Positions 51,739-64,000 of a stretch of DNA of 64,000 bases are shown here, one piece after another. The position numbers and the translations under genes were made by a program. The stretch's first letter is position 1; every line of letters begins with the position of its first letter. A model generated the notes under the pieces. That model made no database searches and was not told the DNA's origin. It saw only the letters and a list, made by a program, of their open reading frames with translations. Source of the stretch: Alloascoidea hylecoeti (taxonomy: Eukaryota); NCBI GenBank assembly GCA_001600815.1, contig BCKZ01000004.1, forward strand, positions 682,001-746,000. Direction: 5' to 3'.

Positions 51739-54700
51739 ATGACTGGTAATCAGAAGTCTATAACTAAACCGATTCATGTTATACCTGCCATTATAACAAG
51801 GCTGCTTAAAATTGTAAGTATTTTTATGCATATGCTAATATAATTTATAAACTTTAGCACTAACAAAAATGCAGTTACCCTTCGAGACGGGAAATAGTGT
51901 AGCCGATACTGAAGAAGATAAACTCTTCATCTCCACAAAGAGGACACTATTAGAATTGTCTAAATCACAACAAATCACACAAGTTCTTCTTGGATTTTCT
52001 ACATTGTTAGATACTATAACGAAAGTAAGTACCAGTTGCTATTGTGAATATTTGACAAATAATTACTTGAAACTAATTGTCGGTATTCGTACATATGCAT
52101 AGCGAGATCAATTCGAAGAAACTAAAAACAGAAATGTGTTTTCCTTAAGAACACTTGTTGTAGTGTTAAAACTTATCAATAAATGCACAGAGGCTAGTTG
52201 GGATACTTGTGAATCCGCACCAGTACGAAAAGGACGTGTACCAGTTACTTTTGGTCAAACAGGCTATGTTAAGCCATTTTTGAAATACCACACTGTTTTA
52301 CCATCTCCAATTGATGATAATATAGTTTTAAAGATGATGGATCAAATGTTAAAACTAAGATCAGAGGCTACAATTGCCGATACAATGACACTCATTTCTA
52401 ATGGAGCTATTCAACATTCTACTGGTTTAGACGGTCACCCTAACAGAGACTTGATAGATGAGATCGATGAATACTGCTGTACTATTATTAGATATTTGAC
52501 GGCATCAAATTGGACAGCCTCCTATTCAATAATTTATTCCCAAATTGATTTGTACAAAACTTTCTCCGGTAATGAAAATGATATTATTCCTAATAGCGAT
52601 TTACTTTCCATGATTTATTTGGATGAAAAATCGATAATTGCTTTATTTAAAGAACTGTGGCTTCTGCTTGCTTCAGTTAAAAGTCCATTGCATCAATCTT
52701 TGATTTTCTATTTCTTCTCTGTGAGTTTAGAATATTGGATAGTTGCTCGACCGGAGGAATATTACGAAGCCATCTCCAGTGAAACTTCCCCTCTCACAAT
52801 TGAGACCAATGGCTTTTTTGATTATTTGTACACTGCCAGTGAAAATTCAAAATATTATTGTATTATGATCAGATTTCTCACGATTCTGATTTGTTTATTA
52901 CCCAATGTTTTTAATGCATATCTAACCTCAGGAATGAAAAGATTTACCACAAATTCAAAGAAGCTCAAACTACTAAGTTATTTGAAATCTCAACTGCATG
53001 TAACTAGTGTTGGAGATTTACTTCTTGTATGCATGTCTACTATTGCCACAGCAGCTTCGTCTATCTATAAATTCGATGCGCAAAATCCAATTGTTAAATT
53101 TGCAGTTGGTGTTAGTCTTGAAATTCAACCTATTGTTTATAATTATGCCAATGACATGTCTCCATCTGTTATGCATATATATGCTGAATTATTTACTGCA
53201 TATTGCATTATCAAACCTGAATTCATAGAACACAGCGATTTTCGCAATCTATTAGAAGGGACAGATATTGAACCATCCATCATTTGCTGTGTTGCAGTGG
53301 CTTTGAGGGCTGCTGGTTCTGTTCCTCAATGCAACAATATGTATATGAATTATATGAAACAAAATGGACGTGTTTGGAGAAACATGATTTGGAAACAATC
53401 TCGATTACTCTTGAAATCAAGAGCCTCAGGGAACTCCTCCAAAAAATCGTTGTCAACTAGCAATTCTGAGGCCGTTAATCTTCCAATTATTATCAATGTA
53501 TACTATGCATTCGCTCCTTATCCTCTTCTTTATTTTGAGGATCTTGATGCAAAACAAAATGGATCAGTGATTAAGTATATGGACCCAATTGTGACTTCAT
53601 TAGTTGACTATGATGGTGATCTAGTACAGGCATCGACTGAATTTATTAAAGCTCTTATTTCACCTAGTAGAATTTTGAACATTTCCCCAGATGATGTTAA
53701 TCTTTCTAAAGGTCATATTATTACACAGGTATACAGTTGTTGTGGATATTTAATTGGTGCTCTTTCCGATAACATTTTGGACAGTGAAATCAATGTTAAA
53801 CGTGTTTCAGGATCTTTAAGTTTAATAAATGAGCTTCTAAAATGTAGAGCACTAATTGCAGAAAGATTTAAACTGCTTGGGAAATCTGGTAATAATTTTT
53901 CTATTGTCGAAGGATTTGAGACTAGACAAAGATTATATACATCTCTGGAGAGTGCAATATTGTCTTGTCTCTGCTCTCCTGATGTTGAAATTTATAAAGT
54001 GGTAATACAAGCTATTGATAATGTACTTAAAGATGCTTATGCCACAGAGGATATGAACGGTCATGTTCTATCTTGTCCAATGCTATATAACTCTGATATA
54101 TACAAAGAATTTAATACTGGAAATTTTGTAATTACAGGGCAGGTAGCATTACAGAAGAGGATTAGGAAAATCATTAAGCAATTAACTGTCGCAACTGATG
54201 GTATCATCAATGCTTGGAGTTCAATTCATAGAAGATGGATCGATCTTCATAGAGATGAGGAGACTTATCAAACTAAATTTGCAATTGAGGTCAGGAACTA
54301 TGGTGGTATGTTATCTTCATTGTCTGGTTGTATTCTTACATCTGATTCAGATACAAATGATAAGGTTGCTGCAATCTTGCCAAATATCCACACATTTATC
54401 CAGAGCTTGGTAGATTACCTTATTTCTCCAAATCTTGTCATTTCTGATTATTCCAAGGAGATGATATCCCGGGAATTAAGCGGGGATGCTTGGCCATATG
54501 CTTATGACTGTATGGTAGCTGCAACAAAGAGACTAATGGGGCTACCAAATAAGGACCAGGCTCTTAAACTTTTGGGACAAGTCATTGGTGTTACTAAAAT
54601 AGGAAATCTGAGATGTGTTGATGAAGGAATTGATATTCCAGCAGGCGCCATAGAAGTTGTTTGGACTGTTGCCCAATATTTGACTCAACAGAACTATAAT

Positions 54701-57700
54701 AATCCCAATGTTTTAAGATTACTCATTACAGTTACACAAACAAATAATATCGCAGAGGAAAATAAAGATAATTGTTCTTTTAAAGTTGCAAAATCATTGA
54801 AATATCAAGTTGCTATGCTGTTTGCAGATATTTGCCAAAAATCAAGTTTTTATAAAGAAACGGATGCATATGCTGCAGCAGTTGCCGCTTTTGGAAACTC
54901 AGAACGTCGTATTGAAGAACTAGATAATTTATATTTTGACATGGCTTTGGAAAGTGCTAAGGCAGCTGCTTTATTAAGTTCTATCACGTTTGATGTGCCT
55001 CAAACTGGAAGTGAGGATGATTATCTCCAGACTAAGTCTGCTCTTTGTGGACAACAATTTTCTGGAATCATGAGTATTTTGGAGTATTGGGATGGAATTT
55101 TACATGATAATGAATCTACTATACATGTTCCAAGTAGTAACAACAGTGTTGTTAGATCATTCAACTCCTCTAAATCATCTGATTACTTTATACATGAACA
55201 AAAAAGAAGAGCAAAACGAATTTGTGACTATTGTATTACAAGCATGTCAAACATGACAAGAGTGAATATGGATGTTGCTCTAAAGTTTGCAATTCCAATG
55301 GGGTACCATAAAAATGCTATGATTAGATCTTCTTTTCTTGGAATATTCACAGATTTAGTACTTCAAGGTAAAAGCAATGTTATAAATAAAAGTGACAATG
55401 AAAGATTTACTTCATTATTGAAATTCTTGGTTGAGAACATACATATTGCAGTTGACCTTTGTGAAAATTGTCCCGTAACTGAGGTTGATGGACTAGCATC
55501 TGCACTTATGAATCTATTCGAAACACAGGGAAAAGGTCTTTCTTTGCTGAAAGCAGCTGTAACCAGGGAAATTCATAATACTGTTAGAGTTGTTGATTTA
55601 TTGAGAAGAAATAGTGTTGCGACAAGGCTTCTTTCTTTATATGCTCACAAGTATGGATCGGAATATTTGTCATCTACTCTGGGTCCTATTCTTAAAAGTT
55701 TTATGGATTCTCCAGATGAACATGTTTTTGAACTTAGCGCAGATAAGTTTAATTTTCAAGATAGTAAGGCAAAAGAAAATATTGATAAGTTTATGCGATC
55801 GTTATCAGCATTTTCAGGTGCATTTTTACGATCACTTGATGCGATGCCAAAATCATTTAAGGAGATATGTTATACAATTCAACAAACAACAATACCAAAG
55901 TTTCCAGAGGCCTCTATTACTTCTGTTGGATGTTTTCTTTTTCTAAGATTTTTTTGTCCGGCAATTGTAGCCCCTGAAACAGAAAATCTTCTTACGAAAC
56001 AACCAAGACGTGATGTCCGTCGTTCTTTGCTTCTTTTGGCGAAAGTCATTCAAAACATGGCCAATGGTAGTTTATATTCCTTGAAGTTACCTTTACTTTA
56101 TAACCGAATGAAGGAACTAAACAGAGTTAATGATTATATTATTCAATTCATGAAAAGTGCCGCCGAAATCCCATTTATGAAAAATGATTTGCTTGACATG
56201 GCACCCGTTATTGAAATAAACAATAAAGTAGAAGGGATTGATATTGATAAAATTGATAAGTCGTTTATCCATGAATATTTACACAATCATTGGGAAGGTA
56301 TTCATCTTAGAGTGAAATCTCAAGGCACCAAAAAAGGCCTAGGTGATGCAAGATCGGTTGAAATTAACAATAATTCAGCTTCTTCACTTTCAAGTAGCGA
56401 TTCCGATGCTCCGGATTCGAAGCTTTATAACAAATTGGATGAACTAGTAGAAGCTTTAGGCCAACCAAAAGGCTCGTCTACATATCAATTACCTGAATCT
56501 ATTACTAATAATACCACAGAAGCTGGAATTCGTCTTTACGAATTTATGGTGAAGCATGCATCAAAAGATTTTGGGTCTATGACTGAGAAACAATTGATCA
56601 GACAGGCTGTCACTCGAGATGGTGATGTTTTTCTTGTTGTTAATATAGGTCTTTTTGGAACAACAAATATTGGTGATCCCGAAATGGTCATATATCGATT
56701 TTTCCAGGTTGCTGCAAATTTGTGGGATAAAAAATTCGCATTGCTTATGGATTGTACAGGGTTTACAAATAAGAATTCAATTCCTGTTCAAATTATTACA
56801 CAGGTTGATGCACTTTTCCCACCAAATATTCGTACCTGTAGGGCCGTTTATTACTATAATATTTCGAAACCGTTTATTCCTTATTTAAATCATTTTATTT
56901 CACAGTACTCTGGGGGAAATTCGGTTATATTTGACTCATATACTGTGAAATATATTTTCACATCTTCATTCTATGAAACTGAGGAGATGAATGTACCACC
57001 TTTTGGATTAACACACAAAACTTTAAAAATTGCTAAGGATGTAAGAATCGAATTCTCTGATGTTTCGATGTATTTAAAGGATGAGGATAAGCAAACTGGG
57101 GTTGAAATGAGAATTGGGGAAGAATATGTTCAAATTTGTCGAATTGACCCAGCTGTATTCGATTGTGGCGGAAGAACAAGATATGTTCGTCCCATGGAAG
57201 CTTATCATGTCACAGATTTGAAGAAAGCATATGTTTCAAATGCAGCCGATTCAGGACATTTTACCGTTGAATTAGAAGATGGAGAACAACTAATATTATT
57301 CAGTAAAGAAAAAAGTACAGATATCATTCGTTCTGTCAATGCTATGATTTCAAGGTATAGTGAAAATTCATCCTCAACTTCAGACAATGAAGGTGTTGTT
57401 CATTCGATTAAAGATGTAGCAGCTTCTTTTACCACAATGGCCTTTTCCGGTCTTACATCTGAAGAAAATGAAGTGCGATCTGTTGCCTATCGTTTGGCAT
57501 GTGAGACTGTTGACTTATTTGATTTTAAGACAGGTAAATCTAGAAATTCAAGAAAAGATCTTTATTTCCCAGCCCATAATACATTCTTCTGTTCTGATAT
57601 TTCTGAAAGTATTTCTATGGACCAACCAGAGATGACTTATGATTTTATTAAAGCATTTTCTTCAGCGTTTATAAACTCTTCAATGAAACAACGTGGTGAT

Positions 57701-59719
57701 ATATTAAACATGTTATCAAAATGGGTTGGTAATATATACAAGTACATATATCTTGTTGATAATGCGGCAGGTAAAAAATCCAGAAGAACTAGAGAAATTA
57801 TCAGAAACCTTATAAAGTTAACTATGATATCACCCGAACATGTGGCATCTTTTCATGAAAGTATTTGGGAACCAATCTTCCAAACCCCTGAGTTGGCTGA
57901 TGTTTTACTTGATCAAATTATTGAATCTGCAATTGATCGAAATACAGAGGGTAAAGATTGCGAAGATATAATATCAATTCTAACAGTTCAACCAAGTCTT
58001 GAAATGTCAGGTAAAGCTATCTCAAGGCTAATAAAAATAGCATCCGTTCCAATTGAATCAGCTTCTTCGCAAATCTCTCATGTACAAGGAAATTGGAATG
58101 AACTTATAGTCATGGTGAAAGCATGTGTTGCAATATTTTTTGATAAATTAGAATATTGCAAAGCATATTTCCCAGAATTATGCTTTTTATGCACATCATT
58201 TTTAGATATAGGACCATTTGAATTTCGTGAATACTTGCATGAATTGACATTAAATTCATTACATACTTTTACCAATTTAAAGGATTTATCTGTTGAAACT
58301 CATAACAAAATAAGTTTTATTGTGGAGAGATTTTCTGGAAGTCGAGCTAGATTAATTTATGGGTTAAATAGAACAACTACAGACTTCAATGTTGGGGCAA
58401 ATAGTGAAACAGGCAGTGGATTAGAATTCGTTTGTAATTCAATATTTGAATTTTTTGAAACTGTCGGTGAGGAAAATGATGTTAAAAATTGGCGTTCAAA
58501 GTGGACATCATATATTATTGATGCTGCATTTAAAAAGGCATCACTTATAAGAGGAAGAGCATTAATTGTTATGGGACTATTGGTTAAAGATAGTACAGCC
58601 GATGTTTTAATACCTAGAATTCTTAAACTGACAACGAGATCAGTAAGTGCTGATCAGGTTGGTGATACTCAATCTTCTGACTTGAATGAATGTGTTCTAT
58701 ATTGTTTCACAAAACTGATAGATGATTTATCACCTAACTCTGCTTGGATTCCTGTGATGTTTTGGTTTGGATGTGCTTGTTCTCACTTTGCATATCCAGG
58801 TATATATCTTGGTGGTATTTCGCTAATGGCGAGGGCAATGAAAAAGCTTGACGAAAGCCACAGATTCCCAGATGGTGATGTGATTGGTTATCTAACAGAA
58901 GAAAGGAATAATCTTGGAAATTACTTGAACGAAATGGATGAACTCTTAAACATGAAATATTCTCCAAGTAATTTTCATATCTATATTTGTGCACTTCTTG
59001 TTAAAGGTATTAATTATTCACCTACACGTCATATTGTGATGGAGGTTATGACAACTATAATAAATATTTGTGCAAAGAATGCAAACATTTATAAAGAAAA
59101 ACATGCTGTTGAAATCCCAAATTTGAAAGAATTTATATTGAGTCCAATGATTTATGCTATTTTCTTATTACTTAATTCAAGAACAGATTCAGAAAAGAAA
59201 CATTATCTACAAAAGTATTTTGCAGCTAGTGGATCTAAGATAGTTAAGATCGGAGAAGGATTCTCTATTCCAAATACATTAATTGAATTTTTTGAATCAG
59301 ATTGTGATGAAGTATTAATAGCTATCTATATGGCTGTTTCATTAATGAATGAACCAACTTGTGAGGAATTGGTTTGTCATAAATTTGTTAGATGTCTGAT
59401 TTTTTTTGGTGATAAAGCTTTAAGACCAAAATTTATGTCATTTACTTTTTTTAGCAAAAAGCTCAAGGAAATTTGCGACCATTACCCATCACTTCAGTTA
59501 GTTAATACATGCCAAGAGTTTCTCACGAATGTGTACAGCAATCCACAATATGATTATTCACATTCAGAAGAATACCTTAATGCTTTAATGCAACTGGTAA
59601 ATAAATACAAAGTAACAAATCTTAATATTAGAGGTCTTACAGATATTGATTACCCGTTCATGGCTAAACAAACAGAAAAATTTATGTATTTCACTAACGA
59701 TATTCTCAGTATAATATGA
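51739..59719 (+). CDS. Neurofibromin/Ira1-Ira2-type RasGAP, paralog B; exons 51739-51813, 51875-52024, 52103-59719
   Basis: LLRRNSVATR, FLRFFCPAIVAPE, LAKVIQNMAN; two GTAAGT introns at the same positions as paralog A (150-nt exon 2 in both). Confidence 0.93.
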
Positions 59720-61269
59720 GATTACCAAGTTAATAGATCATCAAGGTTTAACTTTTTGTTCCATTTTCCTTTATTATTATTGTCAAAATTTCAATTATAT
59801 TTATAATTATATTATTTTTAATCATATAAATATTATAGCTAATATTAGGGTTCTTTTTATATACGCTGGGCGTTTTGGCTAGTCTAAGTATAGTCTATAG
59901 CTAATATAGTAATTGTAAAACTATTAATTGAAATTGTTGTTTTTACTCGATGTGTACGTAAAAACAACCTTAAGTATTTAGCTATAAATAGGGAGTCTGT
60001 GAATTTATAGTACAAGTCATATCTCTATTCATATCTGGAATAGGTCTAAGGTTATAATTGATTTATATGGGGTTGTAAGTGTAATAGAAGATCATTGCAG
60101 ATATAATGTTGCATTGATTTTGATTTTGGAAGGGTTAATATATTTAAAGCTGAAGCAACTTCTAGATATATATCGATCATCACTATCTATATATAATGAT
60201 AGAAACTAGTTGTCAATGATAAAGCAATTATACAATAACTATGATCTCTAAAGATAAAGCTGACGTTTTTTAACTTAAGATGTTACACTAAAATTTTGTT
60301 AGATCTTAAGTTTAACCGGTTGGAGTGTAATTTATATTGTTTTGCAATTGGATCCTTTCAAGAACGTTATTTTTATCTTCCAATATAAATTTATAATGTC
60401 TGTAATTTCTAAACCTTGGGGTCATCTCTGGCTTTTTTCATTTGAAGATTAGTGATGTTGACGTCACTGGTGTCCTCTAGCTGGATTATTGCAACTGCAA
60501 TGACCATCATCGGAATCTTGCAGTGATATCCCCAGATTCTCCGCTATTATCTTCATTAGAAATATCAATTGCAATTTGCAAGAACTAAGTCTACTCATAA
60601 TGTCATAGTAATCACTGCTCTGACTCTATTGTGCAGGGAATCCTCAATTGCACCATGAATTGGCCGATGCAAAACCTGGATATATAAGATTTATGCTAGG
60701 TTTAGAGAATGATGTCACATTGGTGAATTTGGCTGTTGCGGAGGTTAACAACTTTATTTCAACTGCAGCCAGAAATCCGTGTAATATATCCTTGAGCTGA
60801 GCTTTATAATATAAAATTTTTCGTTTTATAACGTCCTTTTCATTTACCCCAGTTTGAACATGTTATGGATAAAATATTAATTTTCAACATGCGATTTTGT
60901 TGAGGTCATTGGGGTGTGATTTAGATCTGAACATCTGGGCCCACCCCATAACAAAAGCAAAACCGCGGAAAAATCACGGAACTAGTTGACCGCGGAAAAA
61001 TATATCTATGAGTTGATAAAAACGATTTGTAATCACAATCTATCAATCTAGGAAATGTATCCGTCAATGTTACATATTTATTTCCAGATCTGCTCTTTGT
61101 TTTAAGCGAAAAACAAATGCCTTAAAACGAAGCTTAATGTCAAGTTTTTTCAAAGGAAAAAAATTGCTTTAAAGATTTGAAGTGGGAAGTAAGCAATTAT
61201 TTAATGCAAATTTGATGTATCCTGTAGCTGGTATAATTAGAAGAGGGAATTTAAAAAAATAAAAACCTG

Positions 61270-61384
61270 GGTTGTTTGGCCGAGTTGGTCTAAGGCGTCC
61301 GACTCAAGAGAAATATCTCTTCGCAGCTTTGATAGCAGTGTTCGGATCTCGCAAGAGGCGAGAGTTCGAATCTCTCAGCAACCA
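61270..61384 (+). tRNA. tRNA-Leu(CAA) with 32-nt intron (61309-61340)
   Basis: GGTTGTT/AGCAACC acceptor stem, A box TGGCCGAGTTGG, TCCGA/TCGGA anticodon stem, CAA at 61305-61307, variable arm, B box GTTCGAATC, downstream T run. Confidence 0.95.
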
Positions 61385-61542
61385 TTCTTTTTTGGTTTTT
61401 TCAATTTTTCAATCTTCTTTTTTCTCACAAAAAATTCAGCTCCAAGGTGCGTAAGAATCAACAACGGTTAAATCGTTACAAGTTATAATTTTTGACACAA
61501 ATTGCAGGATATGAAATTCCTTTAAAACAAGCGATGACCGTC

Positions 61543-61568
61543 CACGTGACCCCTCGGAAGTGCTTCCG
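61543..61568. promoter_or_regulatory. CACGTGAC plus near-palindromic CGG-N8-CCG site upstream of the FGGY kinase
   Basis: CACGTGAC at 61543, CGGAAGTGCTTCCG at 61555, TATAAAAG at 61671. Confidence 0.5.
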
Positions 61569-61765
61569 CAAAAGGAAATGAAATTTAAAAAATAATCCAT
61601 AAAAAATAAAATAAAATTTGAGATTTAAAGTTCTCCACAAGATCTAAAAAAATGCTATTTTTAATAAATGTATAAAAGGCCGCTGTTTGTTCAAATCTCT
61701 TTTTTTTCTACTCCCACTTTTATATTTATATCTATACTTTTTTCACATAAACTACTTTATTTGTA

Positions 61766-63505
61766 ATGACTGCTGATAACCAATCATATTATATCGGTGT
61801 TGATGTCGGGACTGGATCTGCTCGAGCTGCCATCGTTGATAATAACGGTGAAATTATTTCAATGGCTGAAAAACCAATCGATCATCATGAATTAATTCAT
61901 GATTATATTACACAATCAACTACTCAAATTTGGAATTCTATTTCATATTGTTGCCAAAAAATTATTAAAGAATCAAAAGTTGATATTAATTTAATTAAAG
62001 GTATTGGTTTTGATGCAACTTGTTCATTAACTGTTATTAATGAAAAAAATGATAAACCAGTAGCTGTTGGTCCTGATTTTCAAGATAATGATCAAAATAT
62101 TATTTTATGGATGGATCATAGAGCAACAAAACAAACTGATGAAATTAATTCAACAGACTTTAAATTATTAAATTATGTTGGTGGTAAAATGTCTGTTGAA
62201 ATGGAAATGCCAAAAATTAAATGGTTAAAAGAAAACTTTCCTAAGGATTTGGATGTTAAATTTACTGATTGTAAATTTTATGATTTAGCTGATTATTTAA
62301 CTCATAGAGCAACTGGATCTGAAGCAAGAAGTAATTGTTCAACTGTTTGTAAGCAAGGTTATGTTCCTATTGGAGTTGAAGATTCAAAGTATGGTTGGAA
62401 TGCCGATTTCTTAAATCAAATGGGTTTACCTGAATTGGTTGAAGATGATTTCAGAAGATTAGGTGGTATTCATGGTAAAAACGGTAAATGGTTATCCGCT
62501 GGAGAAAATGTTGGATATTTAACTTCAGAGTCCGCAAAAGATTTAGGATTAACTACAAATGTTAAAGTTGGCAGCGGAGTTATCGATGCCTATGCTGGTT
62601 GGATTGGTACAGTTGCTGCAAAGACACGTGAGGATGATAAAATCTCAGAAAGATCTGATCTATCAAACTCTATCGGTAGATTGGCCGCTGTTGCCGGTAC
62701 TTCAACATGTCATTTAGCATTAACAAAAGAAGCGGTTTTTGTGCCAGGAGTTTGGGGTCCATATCGTGATGCTATTTTCCCAGATTATTGGTTAGCAGAA
62801 GGTGGTCAATCTTGTACTGGTGAATTATTAAGATATGTATTAGAATCTCATCCTGCATATCAGCAATTATTAGATTTTTCTTTAACTTCAAATATCAATA
62901 AATTTGAATGGTTAAATAACCATTTAGAAGAATTAAAAATTAAAAGATCAGAAAAATCAATTTTATCATTAGGTAAACATTTTTTCTTTTATGGTGATTT
63001 TCATGGTAATAGATCTCCAATTGCAGATCCAAAGATGAAAGGTTCAATAATTGGTCAAAATATGGATGTAACAATTGATAATTTAGCTTTAAATTATTTA
63101 GGTGCAATTGAATTTATTGCCCAACAAACAAGACATATTATTGAAACTATGAATAAATCTGGTCATTCAATTAATTCAATTTATTTATCTGGTGGACAAT
63201 GTAGAAACAAATTATTAACAAAAATTATTTCAAATGCAACTGGTTTATCAGTTATCATACCAAGATATATTGATTCTGCTGTTGTTTTTGGTTCTGCATT
63301 ATTAGGAGCAAAAGCTGCTTCTGAAGATAAAGATACCAGTCTTTGGGATATAATGTCAACATTAACAAGTAAAAGTACTATAATTAATGCTGATGATGAA
63401 AATACATGGGATAGAAAACTTTTAAATGTTAAATATGATATTTATTTGGATATGGCCAAAAAACAAATTGATTATAGAAATATGGTTGATAAGGTTATTG
63501 GATAA
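61766..63505 (+). CDS. FGGY-family carbohydrate kinase (YDR109C-like D-ribulokinase)
   Basis: IGVDVGTGSARA, GIGFDATCSL, WMDHRA, AGTSTCH, EGGQS, DFHGNRSP. Confidence 0.93.
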   Translation: MTADNQSYYIGVDVGTGSARAAIVDNNGEIISMAEKPIDHHELIHDYITQSTTQIWNSISYCCQKIIKESKVDINLIKGIGFDATCSLTVINEKNDKPVAVGPDFQDNDQNIILWMDHRATKQTDEINSTDFKLLNYVGGKMSVEMEMPKIKWLKENFPKDLDVKFTDCKFYDLADYLTHRATGSEARSNCSTVCKQGYVPIGVEDSKYGWNADFLNQMGLPELVEDDFRRLGGIHGKNGKWLSAGENVGYLTSESAKDLGLTTNVKVGSGVIDAYAGWIGTVAAKTREDDKISERSDLSNSIGRLAAVAGTSTCHLALTKEAVFVPGVWGPYRDAIFPDYWLAEGGQSCTGELLRYVLESHPAYQQLLDFSLTSNINKFEWLNNHLEELKIKRSEKSILSLGKHFFFYGDFHGNRSPIADPKMKGSIIGQNMDVTIDNLALNYLGAIEFIAQQTRHIIETMNKSGHSINSIYLSGGQCRNKLLTKIISNATGLSVIIPRYIDSAVVFGSALLGAKAASEDKDTSLWDIMSTLTSKSTIINADDENTWDRKLLNVKYDIYLDMAKKQIDYRNMVDKVIG

Positions 63506-64000
63506 ATGAAATTTATGAAACAATCTAAATAAATAATAATGCAGCTACAACTAGTACTGCAATGGGGTAACATTTTAATGATGGAAATAATGATGCATTT
63601 GGGAAGGAATAACTCATCAATCATGTTAGTAAGAATAAGGAATATGGATATTTTTTAAAAAAAATTATGATTAGATAGAACTTTGATCTTGCAATTGGAT
63701 TGAGTTTAAAGGATAGAGCTACAGTATATTTTATTTCACGATATGGTACCAAAATGTGGATTAATTAGATATAGGATACGCACAATTATATATATAGATT
63801 TTGATTTTTTTGCTTTGATTGTTTTTATAATTATAACTTAAGTTTGTTTGACTTACGATAAAGATTTGTTGTATAGGTAACATAATATAATATTTGCCAT
63901 TGTATTTAATATTAATATTGATTTTTAAAGATTTCGTATGTTTAAGTTATATTAATCATAGTGAGTATTTACAGGTGAAGACTTCGAAGTTCATATTGTC

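Noticed and set aside
1..64000. CRISPR arrays, rRNA genes, intact transposons, alternative genetic code
   Set aside because: Eukaryotic sequence with no repeat-spacer array, rRNA-like sequence or intact pol/transposase ORF; CTG occupies conserved Leu positions

Overview
AT-rich nuclear DNA from an intron-rich budding-yeast-like ascomycete (inferred to be Saccharomycotina). CTG reads as Leu at conserved positions, so it is not from the CUG-Ser clade. Two long, diverged neurofibromin/Ira-type RasGAP paralogs with identical exon layout sit near the two ends (3208-11239 and 51739-59719). Conserved genes are GCN4 (with three uORFs), an Age2-like ArfGAP, cytochrome b5, glutaredoxin, PIC2, a Caprin-like protein, APM1, SHM2, CWC21, NPC2, a tRNA-Leu(CAA) and an FGGY kinase. 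Accessory material includes a near-identical inverted pair of GPI-type surface-protein genes about 23 kb apart, an anchor-less Ubc6 variant with an altered active site, a three-copy tandem orphan coiled-coil family (one intact, one TA-slippage frameshift, one decayed), a 71-aa orphan ORF, a secreted Csa2-like CFEM protein, several mobile-element-like relics and an 8.4 kb gene-free stretch. Exon models were derived by hand from splice signals and frame continuity; no database searches were run.
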